DNA of 62,265 bases, taken from the IMG/VR virus record IMGVR_UViG_3300042291_000296, positions 1 through 62,265 of that record. One strand, given 5' to 3'. Made by a program: the position numbers and the translations under genes. The notes under the pieces were generated by a model. It was not told the DNA's origin. It saw only the letters and a program-made list of their open reading frames with translations, and did no database searches. This document shows, piece after piece, positions 1-9,304 of this stretch (positions are counted from its first letter, which is position 1; each line of letters opens with the position of its first letter). The DNA comes from a virus. Its lineage: Duplodnaviria; Caudoviricetes.

Positions 1-219
1 GGTCCCAGACCAGCTCCGATGATTAAGGTAGTAAAGAAACCTAATTAGTGCATTTGTAAAAAAGTTGCATGAAGATACTGATATTACAGGTAGCAACACC
101 TAATATAAAGGATTATTCTGTTTACTCTATCCCAATAAATATAAATTATTCTATCAAGTGGGACTATGATTTTTTACTTTATACATCTAAAGAAGAAGAG
201 CTAAATTATCATCCTGCTT
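1..219. repeat. Terminal direct overlap with 62048-62265 (circular assembly)
   Basis: 1-219 matches 62048-62265 except a divergent ~20-nt intergenic stretch (49-68 vs 62096-62114) and one synonymous SNP (92 vs 62138); the last 127 bp are identical. Confidence 0.95.
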
Positions 220-770
220 GGCTAAAGATAACGGCTTTTTACAACATAAATGTTGACAAGTATGACTGGATTTGGGTTTTAGATGCTGACGCTGTTATTA
301 ACAATGAAAAAATCAAACTAGAGGACATAATTAGTGATTGCAATAGGCCAATTATTATTTCAGAAAATGGAGAAAATGGAGGCAGGCATTTAAACAGTGG
401 ATCGGTTTTAATCAAGAGTGAGTTTGTCAAAGAGTTACTACTTAAGTATGAGGAATGTGTTAGTAAGGACTATGTATTTTTAAACAAGCGATTTTGGGAC
501 CAAGAGTTAATAAACGATTGGTATGAAGAGAGCCCAGAACATTTCTCAGTCAGAAAGATGAAAGAGTTAAACTCACACTGGAGGATATATGGAGCGAGCA
601 AGGAGCATTGTTTAGAGCATGGGATTGATTATATACCTACTTACAATCAAGAGAAAAATTTGATACATCACTTTATGTCACTTCCGAGAGACATAAGAAT
701 TAATTGGATGAAGAATAATTGGATGTATAAACAAATAGATTTATTAAAAAAAATTAATATCTTTGTATAA
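69..770 (+). CDS. Glycosyltransferase, GT-A fold, GT34 (galactosyl/xylosyl transferase)-like
   Basis: HPAWLKI, YDWIWVLDADAVI (DxD), LNSGSVLI, WDQELIN and IHHF motifs, typical of GT34/Mnn10-like enzymes. Confidence 0.8.
   Translation: MKILILQVATPNIKDYSVYSIPININYSIKWDYDFLLYTSKEEELNYHPAWLKITAFYNINVDKYDWIWVLDADAVINNEKIKLEDIISDCNRPIIISENGENGGRHLNSGSVLIKSEFVKELLLKYEECVSKDYVFLNKRFWDQELINDWYEESPEHFSVRKMKELNSHWRIYGASKEHCLEHGIDYIPTYNQEKNLIHHFMSLPRDIRINWMKNNWMYKQIDLLKKINIFV
758..765 (+). promoter_or_regulatory. Bacteroidota sigma70 -7 box (TATCTTTG)
   Basis: Matches TAnnTTTG; 4 nt upstream of ATG 770. Confidence 0.55.
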
Positions 771-907
771 TGGAAGTTTACATAGAAAACAGAATGTCTC
801 ACGGTTTAAACTTAGGTTTTGAATTATTCCAACCAGACGACATATATGACGACTATGAGCTAGAGATCAATTTATTAATAATAAAAATAATAATAGTATG
901 GCACTAA
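770..907 (+). CDS. Small hypothetical protein (45 aa, MEVYIENRMSHGLNLGFELF...IVWH)
   Basis: Translated by hand; TAATG-coupled to the upstream gene and fills the gap. Confidence 0.6.
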   Translation: MEVYIENRMSHGLNLGFELFQPDDIYDDYELEINLLIIKIIIVWH

Positions 908-2508
908 AATTTGGTAGAACATCAGGGATCACATCACGGATAGATCCTAAGACAAACACAATAAAGTACACAGAGGAAGAGCTTGACGCATACAACACGG
1001 CTGTAGGAGCTGAAGTTAAAAGAAAGTCAGATTATGACGCTAGCATGGCGAAGTTTAAAACAGATAGTGATGTTTACTATGGCAGAAACGTAGTAGACAC
1101 AAAAGGAGCAGAGGCAACAGCAAGTTTTCTTAATAAAAATAATTTGAAAACAAGCAAGGGGGAAAATCTTGTAGCTACTGCTGCGAGAGAGGAGACTCAA
1201 GCACAAATTGACAAAAGGTATGATGATGCTATTAAAAGTGGTAAGATGGTACCGTATAATGACCCATCTATAGATGATGAAACTAGAAGGTTTTTAAAGG
1301 GGGCCACCTATGGTGCTGACTTGTCTAGAAGTGCTTTCGATAAGGGCCTTAAGATCAGGAACTATAACGAGGTATATGAAGGTGATTATAATCCTGAGAT
1401 ATGGCTGGCAGACGCTAAGAAAGGTAAAGATAGTAGATATGGTACAGGCTCACACTTTCCAGATAAAGTTGGTATGTATACCAGAGGTGTCACACCTGTT
1501 AAGCCTGCTGCCTATGTACCTGCGAACCTTGGTAAAGAAATTAAAGCAAAGGATGTTGACTGGAAACAAAGCAAGATGGAGCCACTTAAGCCAACGAAAG
1601 TTGATAAAAAGAAATACGGAAAACTAAGACCAGCCAAAGAGGAGGAAGCTCCTACATGGCAGGCTCCTGGTTTAGACAAAAGAAAGAAAGCCACTCATAT
1701 TAAAGCTACTAAAATTTATGCGTCAGAAACAACAAAGAGCGGAAGACATAAGGATTCCAGACTTGGGATTCATAATGCGGCTAGAATAAAACAATCAGAT
1801 GCATCATCGCCTCAGAGAATAAAGTATAACACTGAAAAACGACAATCTGCTGCATACTATGGAAACGAAACTGTAACAGGAGAAAAGATAACAGGAAAGA
1901 CCGCATCCCAATTAGAGAGCTTAAAGCAAGAGGTAAAGGGGGACGTAAAGCGTATGAAAGGAGAGGGTCGAACTCAAGATGCACGAGACGTTCGTGGTGA
2001 CCTACCTCAAATCAGAAAAGCAATCAGGTATGCCAAAAGGGGTGACTTGGGTGTAGGCTCAGTAACAGGGCTTACTATGGAAGGTGATAAGTCAACTCTA
2101 CGTTACTTTACACCAGAGAGAACCAAATTGGCTATGAATGGAGGCGATAAGAAGACAAGGGAAGATGGAGCAATGGCTGGATATAAAGATGTTCAACGGT
2201 ATAACAACAACAAGGCAATGGAGCAATCCTTCAAAGGCCAAGCAGACAACCCAGCCAACAGAAATACCGTTGTAAACCAACAGGAAAAACTTGCCTTTAA
2301 AAACCAACAGGCAAAACTTGCCACCGCAGCAAATACTGTAACCCCATCTTATGGATCTCAGGTGAGGGAAAAGATTAAAACAGACAATCCAACTGCTACT
2401 AAAAGAGAGGTGAGGGCATTAGTTCAAACTAAAAAAGACGCTGACCAAGCTCTAATGAATAAAGTTAATTTAGATATGCAAGCAAAAGACCTGATTCCAA
2501 AAAAATAA
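898..2508 (+). CDS. Lys/Arg-rich hypothetical protein (536 aa), possible internal virion/DNA-binding protein
   Basis: Long ORF, strongly basic low-complexity composition, followed by a terminator. Confidence 0.6.
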   Translation: MALKFGRTSGITSRIDPKTNTIKYTEEELDAYNTAVGAEVKRKSDYDASMAKFKTDSDVYYGRNVVDTKGAEATASFLNKNNLKTSKGENLVATAAREETQAQIDKRYDDAIKSGKMVPYNDPSIDDETRRFLKGATYGADLSRSAFDKGLKIRNYNEVYEGDYNPEIWLADAKKGKDSRYGTGSHFPDKVGMYTRGVTPVKPAAYVPANLGKEIKAKDVDWKQSKMEPLKPTKVDKKKYGKLRPAKEEEAPTWQAPGLDKRKKATHIKATKIYASETTKSGRHKDSRLGIHNAARIKQSDASSPQRIKYNTEKRQSAAYYGNETVTGEKITGKTASQLESLKQEVKGDVKRMKGEGRTQDARDVRGDLPQIRKAIRYAKRGDLGVGSVTGLTMEGDKSTLRYFTPERTKLAMNGGDKKTREDGAMAGYKDVQRYNNNKAMEQSFKGQADNPANRNTVVNQQEKLAFKNQQAKLATAANTVTPSYGSQVREKIKTDNPTATKREVRALVQTKKDADQALMNKVNLDMQAKDLIPKK

Positions 2509-2512
2509 AAAA

Positions 2513-2538
2513 TAACCCACCAATCGGTGGGTTTTTTG
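2513..2538 (+). terminator. Rho-independent terminator
   Basis: AACCCACC-aatc-GGTGGGTT hairpin followed by a T run. Confidence 0.8.
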
Positions 2539-2583
2539 TTTTATATGATAAAATTTTACTAAATTTGACCAAAATATAATCAA

Positions 2584-4143
2584 ATGATAGTAAAACAAGT
2601 CTATTTTGGTGATGAAGGCCAAAAAAAATTAAAAAACGGCATTAAAATTATCGCTGGGGCGGTAAAGAGCACCTTGGGTGCCAGAGGTCGGACGGTGTTA
2701 ATAGAGTCAGAGAACCACGTAGGTGGTATCACCGTAACAAAGGACGGTGTGACGGTTGCAAAGTCAATCAACCTGTACGACCCGACTGAGAACTTGGCTG
2801 TAATGATGATGCGTCAGGCGGCTGACAAGACATCTACAGTAGCTGGTGACGGCACGACTACATCGATCGTGTTGGCAGAGGCCATAATCAATGCAGCAGA
2901 CAATCACGTTGACTCAAACACTAATGTGATAGAGGTGATACGTGAGATCAACGACATCACGGCATCTGTTGTGGCTAGGCTCAGTAAGATCAGCAAGAAG
3001 GTCACTGGCAAGAAGCTGTGTGACGTGGCATCGATCAGTTCAAACAACGACAAGCAGATCGGCAAGATGATCTCTGACGCATTCAGCGAGGTTGGCATGG
3101 TTACCGTTGAGAATAGCATGAACTCTGAGACACATGTAGAGATTATTAGTGGGATGAAGATAGACCGTGGATACACGTCTAAGTACTTCATCAACGACCA
3201 CAAGAAGCAGGAGTGTGTGTTAGACAATCCATACGTACTGATCACCGACCACGAGATAAACAACCTATCAAACTTAGAGTCTATACTTGCACCAATTGTT
3301 AGTCAGGGAAGGTCGTTATTGATCATAGGCACGCTTGGACAGAACGCAGTGAACACATTAAATGTGAACGTGGCACAGGGCAAGATCAAGGCGTGCAACA
3401 TCATACCACCATCGTTTGGATACAGGAAGAAGGACCTACTAGAGGACCTAGCCGTAGCACTTGGCGGTACGTACCTCTCTGAGGACACTGGAGACGACCT
3501 AACACTTATTTCTATGTCTGACCTAGGAAGGGCATCAAAGGTTATCGTAAAGAAGAACATGACGGTATTTATGAATACATCAGAGATGAAGGATGCCATC
3601 GACATGAGGGTATCTGACCTGAAGCACCAGATATGGGAGACCACAGACGCAAACGACAGAGAGTTCTTAAAGGAAAGGATTGCAAACATATCTGGAGGTG
3701 TTGGCGTTATATATGTTGGTGCACTTAGTGACATCGAGCAGAAGGAGAAGAGGGACAGGATCGATGACGCTGTGTGTGCGGTTATGGCTGCGATGGAGGA
3801 CGGGATACTTCCTGGCGGAGGTGTTGCACTACTGAACTGCTTAGACTTAGTGATGGGTGAGAGCATAGCTCAGAACATAATGTTCGATACGTTGAGCGCA
3901 CCATTTGATCAGATACTTATAAATGCAGGCAAGGACCCACACGTTATCAAGCTAGAGTTGGCAGGCATGGGCGAGGGCTATGACGTGAAGAACGAGGTGT
4001 ACGGTAACATGATGAAGATGGGCATTATAGACCCAACGAAGGTTACGAAGAACGCACTGCTTAACGCTGTATCTGTGGCAACAACAATTATGAGTACAAA
4101 CGCAATTATAACAAACATAAGAGACTATGAAGGTTCTAAATAA
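2584..4143 (+). CDS. groEL: Phage-encoded chaperonin GroEL (Cpn60)
   Basis: TKDGVTVAK, AGDGTTTS, GMKIDRGY, ERIANISGGV, GILPGGG and GIIDPTKV motifs; lacks the C-terminal GGM tail. Confidence 0.97.
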   Translation: MIVKQVYFGDEGQKKLKNGIKIIAGAVKSTLGARGRTVLIESENHVGGITVTKDGVTVAKSINLYDPTENLAVMMMRQAADKTSTVAGDGTTTSIVLAEAIINAADNHVDSNTNVIEVIREINDITASVVARLSKISKKVTGKKLCDVASISSNNDKQIGKMISDAFSEVGMVTVENSMNSETHVEIISGMKIDRGYTSKYFINDHKKQECVLDNPYVLITDHEINNLSNLESILAPIVSQGRSLLIIGTLGQNAVNTLNVNVAQGKIKACNIIPPSFGYRKKDLLEDLAVALGGTYLSEDTGDDLTLISMSDLGRASKVIVKKNMTVFMNTSEMKDAIDMRVSDLKHQIWETTDANDREFLKERIANISGGVGVIYVGALSDIEQKEKRDRIDDAVCAVMAAMEDGILPGGGVALLNCLDLVMGESIAQNIMFDTLSAPFDQILINAGKDPHVIKLELAGMGEGYDVKNEVYGNMMKMGIIDPTKVTKNALLNAVSVATTIMSTNAIITNIRDYEGSK

Positions 4144-4384
4144 ATATATTATCGTTGATAAGTTAGTAGAAAAAAAGACCACCTCGAGTGGTCTTATAAT
4201 GAGCGGAGACGAGTACAAGGACATGCGCTACCAGTACGGTAATGTCATAAACTTTGGACCTCTAGTTTCTGGTATGGAGATAGGTGACAAGATAATGTTC
4301 GACAGGGTGTCTGGTCACGAGGTCATCATAGAGAACGATAGGATGTTCATTCTTCAAGAGAAGGATGTTGTTTGCGTTCTTTAG
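4127..4384 (+). CDS. groES: Co-chaperonin GroES (Cpn10)
   Basis: 85 aa; KKTTSSGLIM mobile loop, G-x-V-x3-G, IGDKIMF, LQEKDVVCVL; overlaps the end of groEL. Confidence 0.9.
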   Translation: MKVLNKYIIVDKLVEKKTTSSGLIMSGDEYKDMRYQYGNVINFGPLVSGMEIGDKIMFDRVSGHEVIIENDRMFILQEKDVVCVL

Positions 4385-4856
4385 ACTCCTTATTAACTCT
4401 TTTTATTGCTATGGCTAGAGTCTTCTGTGAGAATGTAGCGTTAGGTCTAAACACGATGTTTCTTCTTGGCGATTCAGGTATAGGCTCTAGCCCCATTAGT
4501 TTTCGGTAGATACTGGCTACCATCTTCTTTGCCTTAAACGACAGCTCGTACATGTCGTACTCTCCCTTTCTGCGTTCTCTCCACTTGGATATAAATCCGT
4601 CACGCAGCAGTTTATCAAATCTCGCACGATCCCAGCTCATAAATTTAGAGTACTCATGGAACTTAGCCCTGGTGAACAGGTTCTCTGTATATAAAAACAT
4701 CAGCATGTCCATGTCTGCCTGCGACTTTATGCCGTAGTTGTGTATGGCCCACTTGCGTATTATACCCCAATTCTTAAGAAAGTCATATCTAACTTCCTTT
4801 CTGTGGTATACTTTTTCTTTTCTTTTACTTATTACTTGTTTAATATTTGGAATCAT
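4347..4856 (-). CDS. Putative winged-helix DNA-binding protein
   Basis: Lone antisense ORF; FDKLLRDGFISKW...MYELSFKAKK resembles a MarR-like wHTH wing; start taken at MIPNIK. Confidence 0.55.
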   Translation of the reverse strand: MIPNIKQVISKRKEKVYHRKEVRYDFLKNWGIIRKWAIHNYGIKSQADMDMLMFLYTENLFTRAKFHEYSKFMSWDRARFDKLLRDGFISKWRERRKGEYDMYELSFKAKKMVASIYRKLMGLEPIPESPRRNIVFRPNATFSQKTLAIAIKRVNKESKERKQHPSLEE

Positions 4857-4893
4857 TTGATTATATTTGTATTTAAATTTATAAAGCAAAGTT

Positions 4894-5301
4894 ATGAAAA
4901 ATAGAAAGACAATGGCAACTACTGAGTTTCCAATGAGAAAAAAAGAAATGGTATCTCCAATGGAATCTTATATGTCGGACATAAATCGTTTTGCAAAACA
5001 AGGAATGCAAGAAGGAATGGAAGAAGGAATGCAAGAAGCTGTAAATGAAAGATTAAACTCTATACCATTTAAGAACTCCTCTATTAACGTATTTGATAAA
5101 AAACGTTACGATATCTCTAGAGAGTTTGACGGACAGGAGGTACCTGGATCATTGACTGTTCGACCTACCCTTTCTGGTGGCACTGTCGAGACAGAGAGAT
5201 TTGACATCCCTGGAGCTGGAACAAGTATGTCAAGAACTAGAAAAAACGCTGAGGGTCAGCCTGTAAGAAGAATTGTAAAAGATAAAAAAATAAACCAATA
5301 A
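4894..5301 (+). CDS. Hypothetical protein
   Basis: 135-aa ORF downstream of a TATATTTG box (4862); contains a short (Q/E)GM(Q/E) repeat. Confidence 0.6.
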   Translation: MKNRKTMATTEFPMRKKEMVSPMESYMSDINRFAKQGMQEGMEEGMQEAVNERLNSIPFKNSSINVFDKKRYDISREFDGQEVPGSLTVRPTLSGGTVETERFDIPGAGTSMSRTRKNAEGQPVRRIVKDKKINQ

Positions 5302-5329
5302 AATTAAATATAACGGCAAAGTTTAGGAA

Positions 5330-5548
5330 GTGATAATTATAAAAAGACACAAGGGATTTGGCGACACTGTCGCTGCAATAACCAAGGCAACTGGTTTAGA
5401 TAAGCTAGCTACTGAAGATTGCGGATGTGGAAAGAGACAAGAGGCATGGAATAGTCCAGACCTATTAATAAATAAAATATTCTATGGGACAGAGCAAGAC
5501 ATCAAAGTTTTACGCAGAGAATCCGAAGGCAGCGGAGAAGAGGCGTGA
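5330..5548 (+). CDS. Small conserved-type phage protein with CGC motif
   Basis: GFGDTVAAITKATG...DCGCGKRQEAWN pattern, recalled as common in Bacteroidota phages; GTG start. Confidence 0.6.
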   Translation: MIIIKRHKGFGDTVAAITKATGLDKLATEDCGCGKRQEAWNSPDLLINKIFYGTEQDIKVLRRESEGSGEEA

Positions 5549-5747
5549 GTACCAGAGGGATTTAAACAAGACGGAGGTACAGAAAAAATACAGGGCCGAC
5601 CACAATAAAGCAAACAGAAAGGCAGGCACATATGGCAACGGTGACGGTGTTGATATGAGTTCAACAAAAAGTGGTAAATTTGTAAAAGAAAAAGCAAGTA
5701 TAAATCGTGCTCGGAACGGATCTAACGGAAAGAGCACAAAAAAATAA
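5484..5747 (+). CDS. Basic protein, degenerate HNH-like
   Basis: GNGDGVDMSS...ASINRARNG resembles the GDGKDVDH...NRARN HNH-like phage proteins, but the His is missing. Confidence 0.55.
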   Translation: MGQSKTSKFYAENPKAAEKRREYQRDLNKTEVQKKYRADHNKANRKAGTYGNGDGVDMSSTKSGKFVKEKASINRARNGSNGKSTKK

Positions 5748-5751
5748 AAAG

Positions 5752-6012
5752 ATGGCATATCAAAAATTACAAGTATCAAGAGTTAGTGCAGTAGTAAATA
5801 GCGACACAGTTGACATTCCATATGTTGGAGATCCGTCATCTGTTTGGCCGTGTATATTATACTCTGGAACTGGTGGAGACATAAGAGTTATGACCGCAGG
5901 TGGTGATGACGTATTGTTTGTGGGTGTACCTGCTGGGTCATTTATGCCCGTACAGGTTATAAGAGTATTTGCTACAGATACAGTTCCTACTGACATTCTG
6001 GCTTGTTGGTAA
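5752..6012 (+). CDS. Small beta-rich virion (spike-base-like) protein
   Basis: LYSGTGGDIRV...FVGVPAGSFMPVQVIRVFATDT pattern; start at MAYQKLQ. Confidence 0.6.
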   Translation: MAYQKLQVSRVSAVVNSDTVDIPYVGDPSSVWPCILYSGTGGDIRVMTAGGDDVLFVGVPAGSFMPVQVIRVFATDTVPTDILACW

Positions 6013-6013
6013 G

Positions 6014-6343
6014 ATGTCTATATCTGCCTCCATATCAGCTGGCGTTGGATCAATTCCAATTGTTGAGAACTCAAGAGTACCTGTTAATACTGATCGTCCT
6101 GTATTGTCAGGTGATTTTTTAGTAGGTACTACAGCTACGTGCAGCGATGGTACTTGGACAAACGATCCAACTGAGTTTAGTTACCAATGGTACAGAGACT
6201 CACGAGAGATACCTCTTGCTTTTATGTCTACGTACTTATTAATAAATTTAGACAGAGGAAAGACCATTAGTTGTCTTGTAACAGCTACTAATGATTTTGG
6301 TAGTGGAGATCAGTTTAGCGATGAAGTTTTTATAACTGAATAA
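6014..6343 (+). CDS. Ig-like domain virion protein
   Basis: PVLSG..VGTTATCSDGTW...SYQWYRD...DRGKTISCLVTATN, an Ig-like beta-sandwich signature. Confidence 0.7.
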   Translation: MSISASISAGVGSIPIVENSRVPVNTDRPVLSGDFLVGTTATCSDGTWTNDPTEFSYQWYRDSREIPLAFMSTYLLINLDRGKTISCLVTATNDFGSGDQFSDEVFITE

Positions 6344-6356
6344 ATATATTTTTATA

Positions 6357-6683
6357 ATGATTGGAAAATTCAGTAATCAAGGAGACATAAGTCCAGCTGG
6401 CACTATAATACATACGTGTCCGTTAAACAACATTACTGAAATTACATACATGAGGTTTAATAACTCTGATGCAAATTATATTTTAACTGTGTCTAAGTAT
6501 GACAGCTCTATAGCTGCAAATGTGCTACTTTACGTTAAGAGTCTAACTCTCGGAGACACGATTACTGACAGCATGCTGTACATATTAAATCCTGGTGACT
6601 ATATATACGTAGAGTGCAGCGTAGCTAATACTACATACATCATAACTGGCGAGGACATGCCAAATGTAAACATGATACGATAA
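6357..6683 (+). CDS. Small structural protein
   Basis: Beta-rich, ILNPGDYIYV motif; TAATG-coupled to the fiber gene. Confidence 0.55.
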   Translation: MIGKFSNQGDISPAGTIIHTCPLNNITEITYMRFNNSDANYILTVSKYDSSIAANVLLYVKSLTLGDTITDSMLYILNPGDYIYVECSVANTTYIITGEDMPNVNMIR

Positions 6684-8179
6684 TGCAGGTAGTCGATGCG
6701 AATGGCAACATGTATGGTGACGACAATTTAGAGATAAATGACGTAAACGGTAAGCCTAAGACTACGGGTGGAGGAGGAGGTGGGGGTGTTACGTCAGTAG
6801 GCACAACTGGATTAATATCAGGCGGGCCAATTACAACTACAGGAACCATTAGTACATCTATGAATACCAATAAACTTGTTGGTAGAAGCACAGCAGGGCC
6901 AGGTATAATGGAGGAGATAACTGTTGGTAGTGGACTAACGTTATCATCTGGTACATTAAATAATACCGCAACACCTACACCACTTGGGTATTATGGAGCA
7001 TGGCAAGATGATATAACTCAAACTGCTGCTGCTAGTAATACAGGATATGCAATGATTTATAGAGTTACTGATATTACTCCTAGTGGTATATCAATTGTTA
7101 ATAATGGCAGTGGAAATCCTACAAGAATAACATTCGCAAATACAGGTATATATAACATTCAATTCTCTTCACAATTTCAAAACCTAGCTAATTCTCCACA
7201 AGATGTAACTATATGGTTAAGAAAAAATGGTACTGATGTAGTAGGTAGTTCAGGAGTTGTAGGAATGGAGGCTAGAAAAAATCCAGGAGATCCATATCAC
7301 ACAATAGTAGGTTGGAATTATGTATTAAGTGTAGTTGCAGGAGAGTACTATGAATTAGTATGGAGTACAACAGACCATATACACGTAGAAATGCACTCTT
7401 ATGCAGCAGGTTCTCCTCCTCCATCAGCAGCATCAGTTATTTTAACTGTTACACAACAGAGTGGTATAATGGCAGGTACGGGCATTACTGCACTTAATAG
7501 TTTAACTGGAGCTGCTCAAACATTTGGTAACGACACGAATGTTACTATGGTATCATCTGGAACTACTCATGCAATTACATGGGCTGGTACACTAGCAGAT
7601 AGCAGGATAGCTAGTGCATCAACTTGGAATGCTAAACAAAATGCTTTAGTTAGTGGCACAAACATTAAAACAATTAACTCTACCTCATTATTAGGTAGTG
7701 GTGATATTGCTATATCATCTAGTCCTTATACTACAGTAGGCAATGCTACAGGAACATTAGTAAACAACTCGACCACCAATACTATTAGTGCGTCTATCCT
7801 TATTCCTGCTAATACCTTAGTACCTACAAAAGTACTACAGCTAAGGTCTCAAGTTCGTAAGATAGGAGGCGCAGGTACAACTAACGTAAGATTCTACATT
7901 AACACAATTAATAGTTTAGTGGGTGCTACTCAGATAGCTCAAGGTTTAAATATGACAGGCTCAGGGCTTATGCAAAGAGTAGGAAGAGATATCTATATCA
8001 CTAATAACAGCATTCAATGCTACTCACCTTTTAACGGTCTTGCAACCGACTTAAATAGTGGCCCTATGACTAACGTAGCTTATGTACTTGCTACACCTTA
8101 CTACCTTATAGCAGCAATACAATGCTCTACTCTATTAGACGATGGTACAATAACAAGGCTCAATCTAATGACCTACTAA
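6683..8179 (+). CDS. Tail/head fiber protein
   Basis: G/T/S-rich; GVTSVGT..LISGGPITTTGTIS repeat, C1q/BclA-like TGIYNIQFSSQ domain, KQNALVSGTNIKTINSTSLLGSGDI fiber motif. Confidence 0.8.
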   Translation: MQVVDANGNMYGDDNLEINDVNGKPKTTGGGGGGGVTSVGTTGLISGGPITTTGTISTSMNTNKLVGRSTAGPGIMEEITVGSGLTLSSGTLNNTATPTPLGYYGAWQDDITQTAAASNTGYAMIYRVTDITPSGISIVNNGSGNPTRITFANTGIYNIQFSSQFQNLANSPQDVTIWLRKNGTDVVGSSGVVGMEARKNPGDPYHTIVGWNYVLSVVAGEYYELVWSTTDHIHVEMHSYAAGSPPPSAASVILTVTQQSGIMAGTGITALNSLTGAAQTFGNDTNVTMVSSGTTHAITWAGTLADSRIASASTWNAKQNALVSGTNIKTINSTSLLGSGDIAISSSPYTTVGNATGTLVNNSTTNTISASILIPANTLVPTKVLQLRSQVRKIGGAGTTNVRFYINTINSLVGATQIAQGLNMTGSGLMQRVGRDIYITNNSIQCYSPFNGLATDLNSGPMTNVAYVLATPYYLIAAIQCSTLLDDGTITRLNLMTY

Positions 8180-8221
8180 GACGGCATTAAATGTGATTAT
8201 TTTTTTCATATCTTTGTATCT

Positions 8222-8710
8222 ATGAAATACTTACCAATATTACTTATATTATTTTCATCTTGCTCTCTTGAAAAGAGGCTTGCTAAGTACTGTCCTTTGT
8301 GTGTTCAGAAAGACAGCACTGTGACGGTAATACAAGTTAAGGACACTACAATAACTATACCTGGAGAAACTATTTTTTTACAAGATACTTTATACTGTGA
8401 TTCTCTTGGTAATGTTATATCTAAACTAGCAGGAGATTTAAGAGACAAGGACGGTAAGTTGGTAAGTTTGCAAACTAAACTTCAAAACAATGTGTACTAC
8501 ACAAAGGCTAAAGTTGAAACTATATATAAAACAATCAAGGGTAATGATATATACCATACCAATACCATAACTAAAACACTTAAACCACAAAAGATTAAGT
8601 ATATTCCTGGTTGGATAAATTTCTTAGCTTGGTTTGGTGGTATATGGTTTATTTTAATAATCCTGTATATTATTTATAGAATAATAAAGGCACAATTACT
8701 AATTTTATGA
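8222..8710 (+). CDS. Unimolecular spanin-like lipoprotein
   Basis: N-terminal lipobox LFSSC, beta-rich middle, C-terminal TM helix; first gene of the lysis cassette. Confidence 0.7.
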   Translation: MKYLPILLILFSSCSLEKRLAKYCPLCVQKDSTVTVIQVKDTTITIPGETIFLQDTLYCDSLGNVISKLAGDLRDKDGKLVSLQTKLQNNVYYTKAKVETIYKTIKGNDIYHTNTITKTLKPQKIKYIPGWINFLAWFGGIWFILIILYIIYRIIKAQLLIL

Positions 8711-9168
8711 AAGCACAGTTAGCCATCTTATTATTATCTATACAAAAATCATCATTTAAATTGTTAGCAGTAATATCAACTTTTTTCATGCCAATATCAG
8801 GAATATTATTTCTAATTGCTTTTGCCATCTTAGTAGATACTATAACGGGTATATGGAAGTCTAGAAAGCTAAAAATACCTATTACCTCTAGAGGGCTTAG
8901 TGCTATTATATCAAAGTTATTTTTATATGAGGTAGCAGTTATTTTGACATACATGATCGATAAATTTATACTCAATGACATCATCTTGACATTTTTTAGT
9001 GTTCCGTTAATGCTCACAAAGCTCCTTGCATTAGTGCTATTAAGTATCGAAGTGATCTCTACCTCGGAGAATTATGAGGCAGTCCGTGGAATAAATATAT
9101 GGTCTAGCCTAAAGAATTTGCTACAACGTTCAAGAGAAATTAAACAAGACATAGATACAATAAAATAA
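8707..9168 (+). CDS. Holin (phage holin 4-1-like)
   Basis: Several TM helices; DTITGIWKS, ITSRGL and EVISTSEN motifs. Confidence 0.8.
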   Translation: MKAQLAILLLSIQKSSFKLLAVISTFFMPISGILFLIAFAILVDTITGIWKSRKLKIPITSRGLSAIISKLFLYEVAVILTYMIDKFILNDIILTFFSVPLMLTKLLALVLLSIEVISTSENYEAVRGINIWSSLKNLLQRSREIKQDIDTIK

Positions 9169-9169
9169 T

Positions 9170-9304
9170 ATGAAATACGCTGCATACATACTAGCTGTCT
9201 TTAGTATCCTGATGATATTCGAGCACTTTTTATTAAAAAAAGAAATTAAATTTTTGAAAGATGAATTATACAAGGGAACAGATCGAGATAGCGGTCAAGA
9301 GTAA
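9170..9304 (+). CDS. Small single-TM lysis accessory protein (44 aa)
   Basis: Translated by hand: MKYAAYILAVFSILMIFEHFLLKKEIKFLKDELYKGTDRDSGQE; between holin and endolysin. Confidence 0.5.
   Translation: MKYAAYILAVFSILMIFEHFLLKKEIKFLKDELYKGTDRDSGQE

Noticed and set aside
2904-4224. Antisense ORFs within groEL (and similar ones in portal, MCP, primase, phosphoesterase)
   Set aside because: Shadow ORFs opposite well-supported genes, with no protein-like features.
5484-5747. Active HNH homing endonuclease
   Set aside because: The catalytic His position reads DMSS, and there is no intron or intein context.
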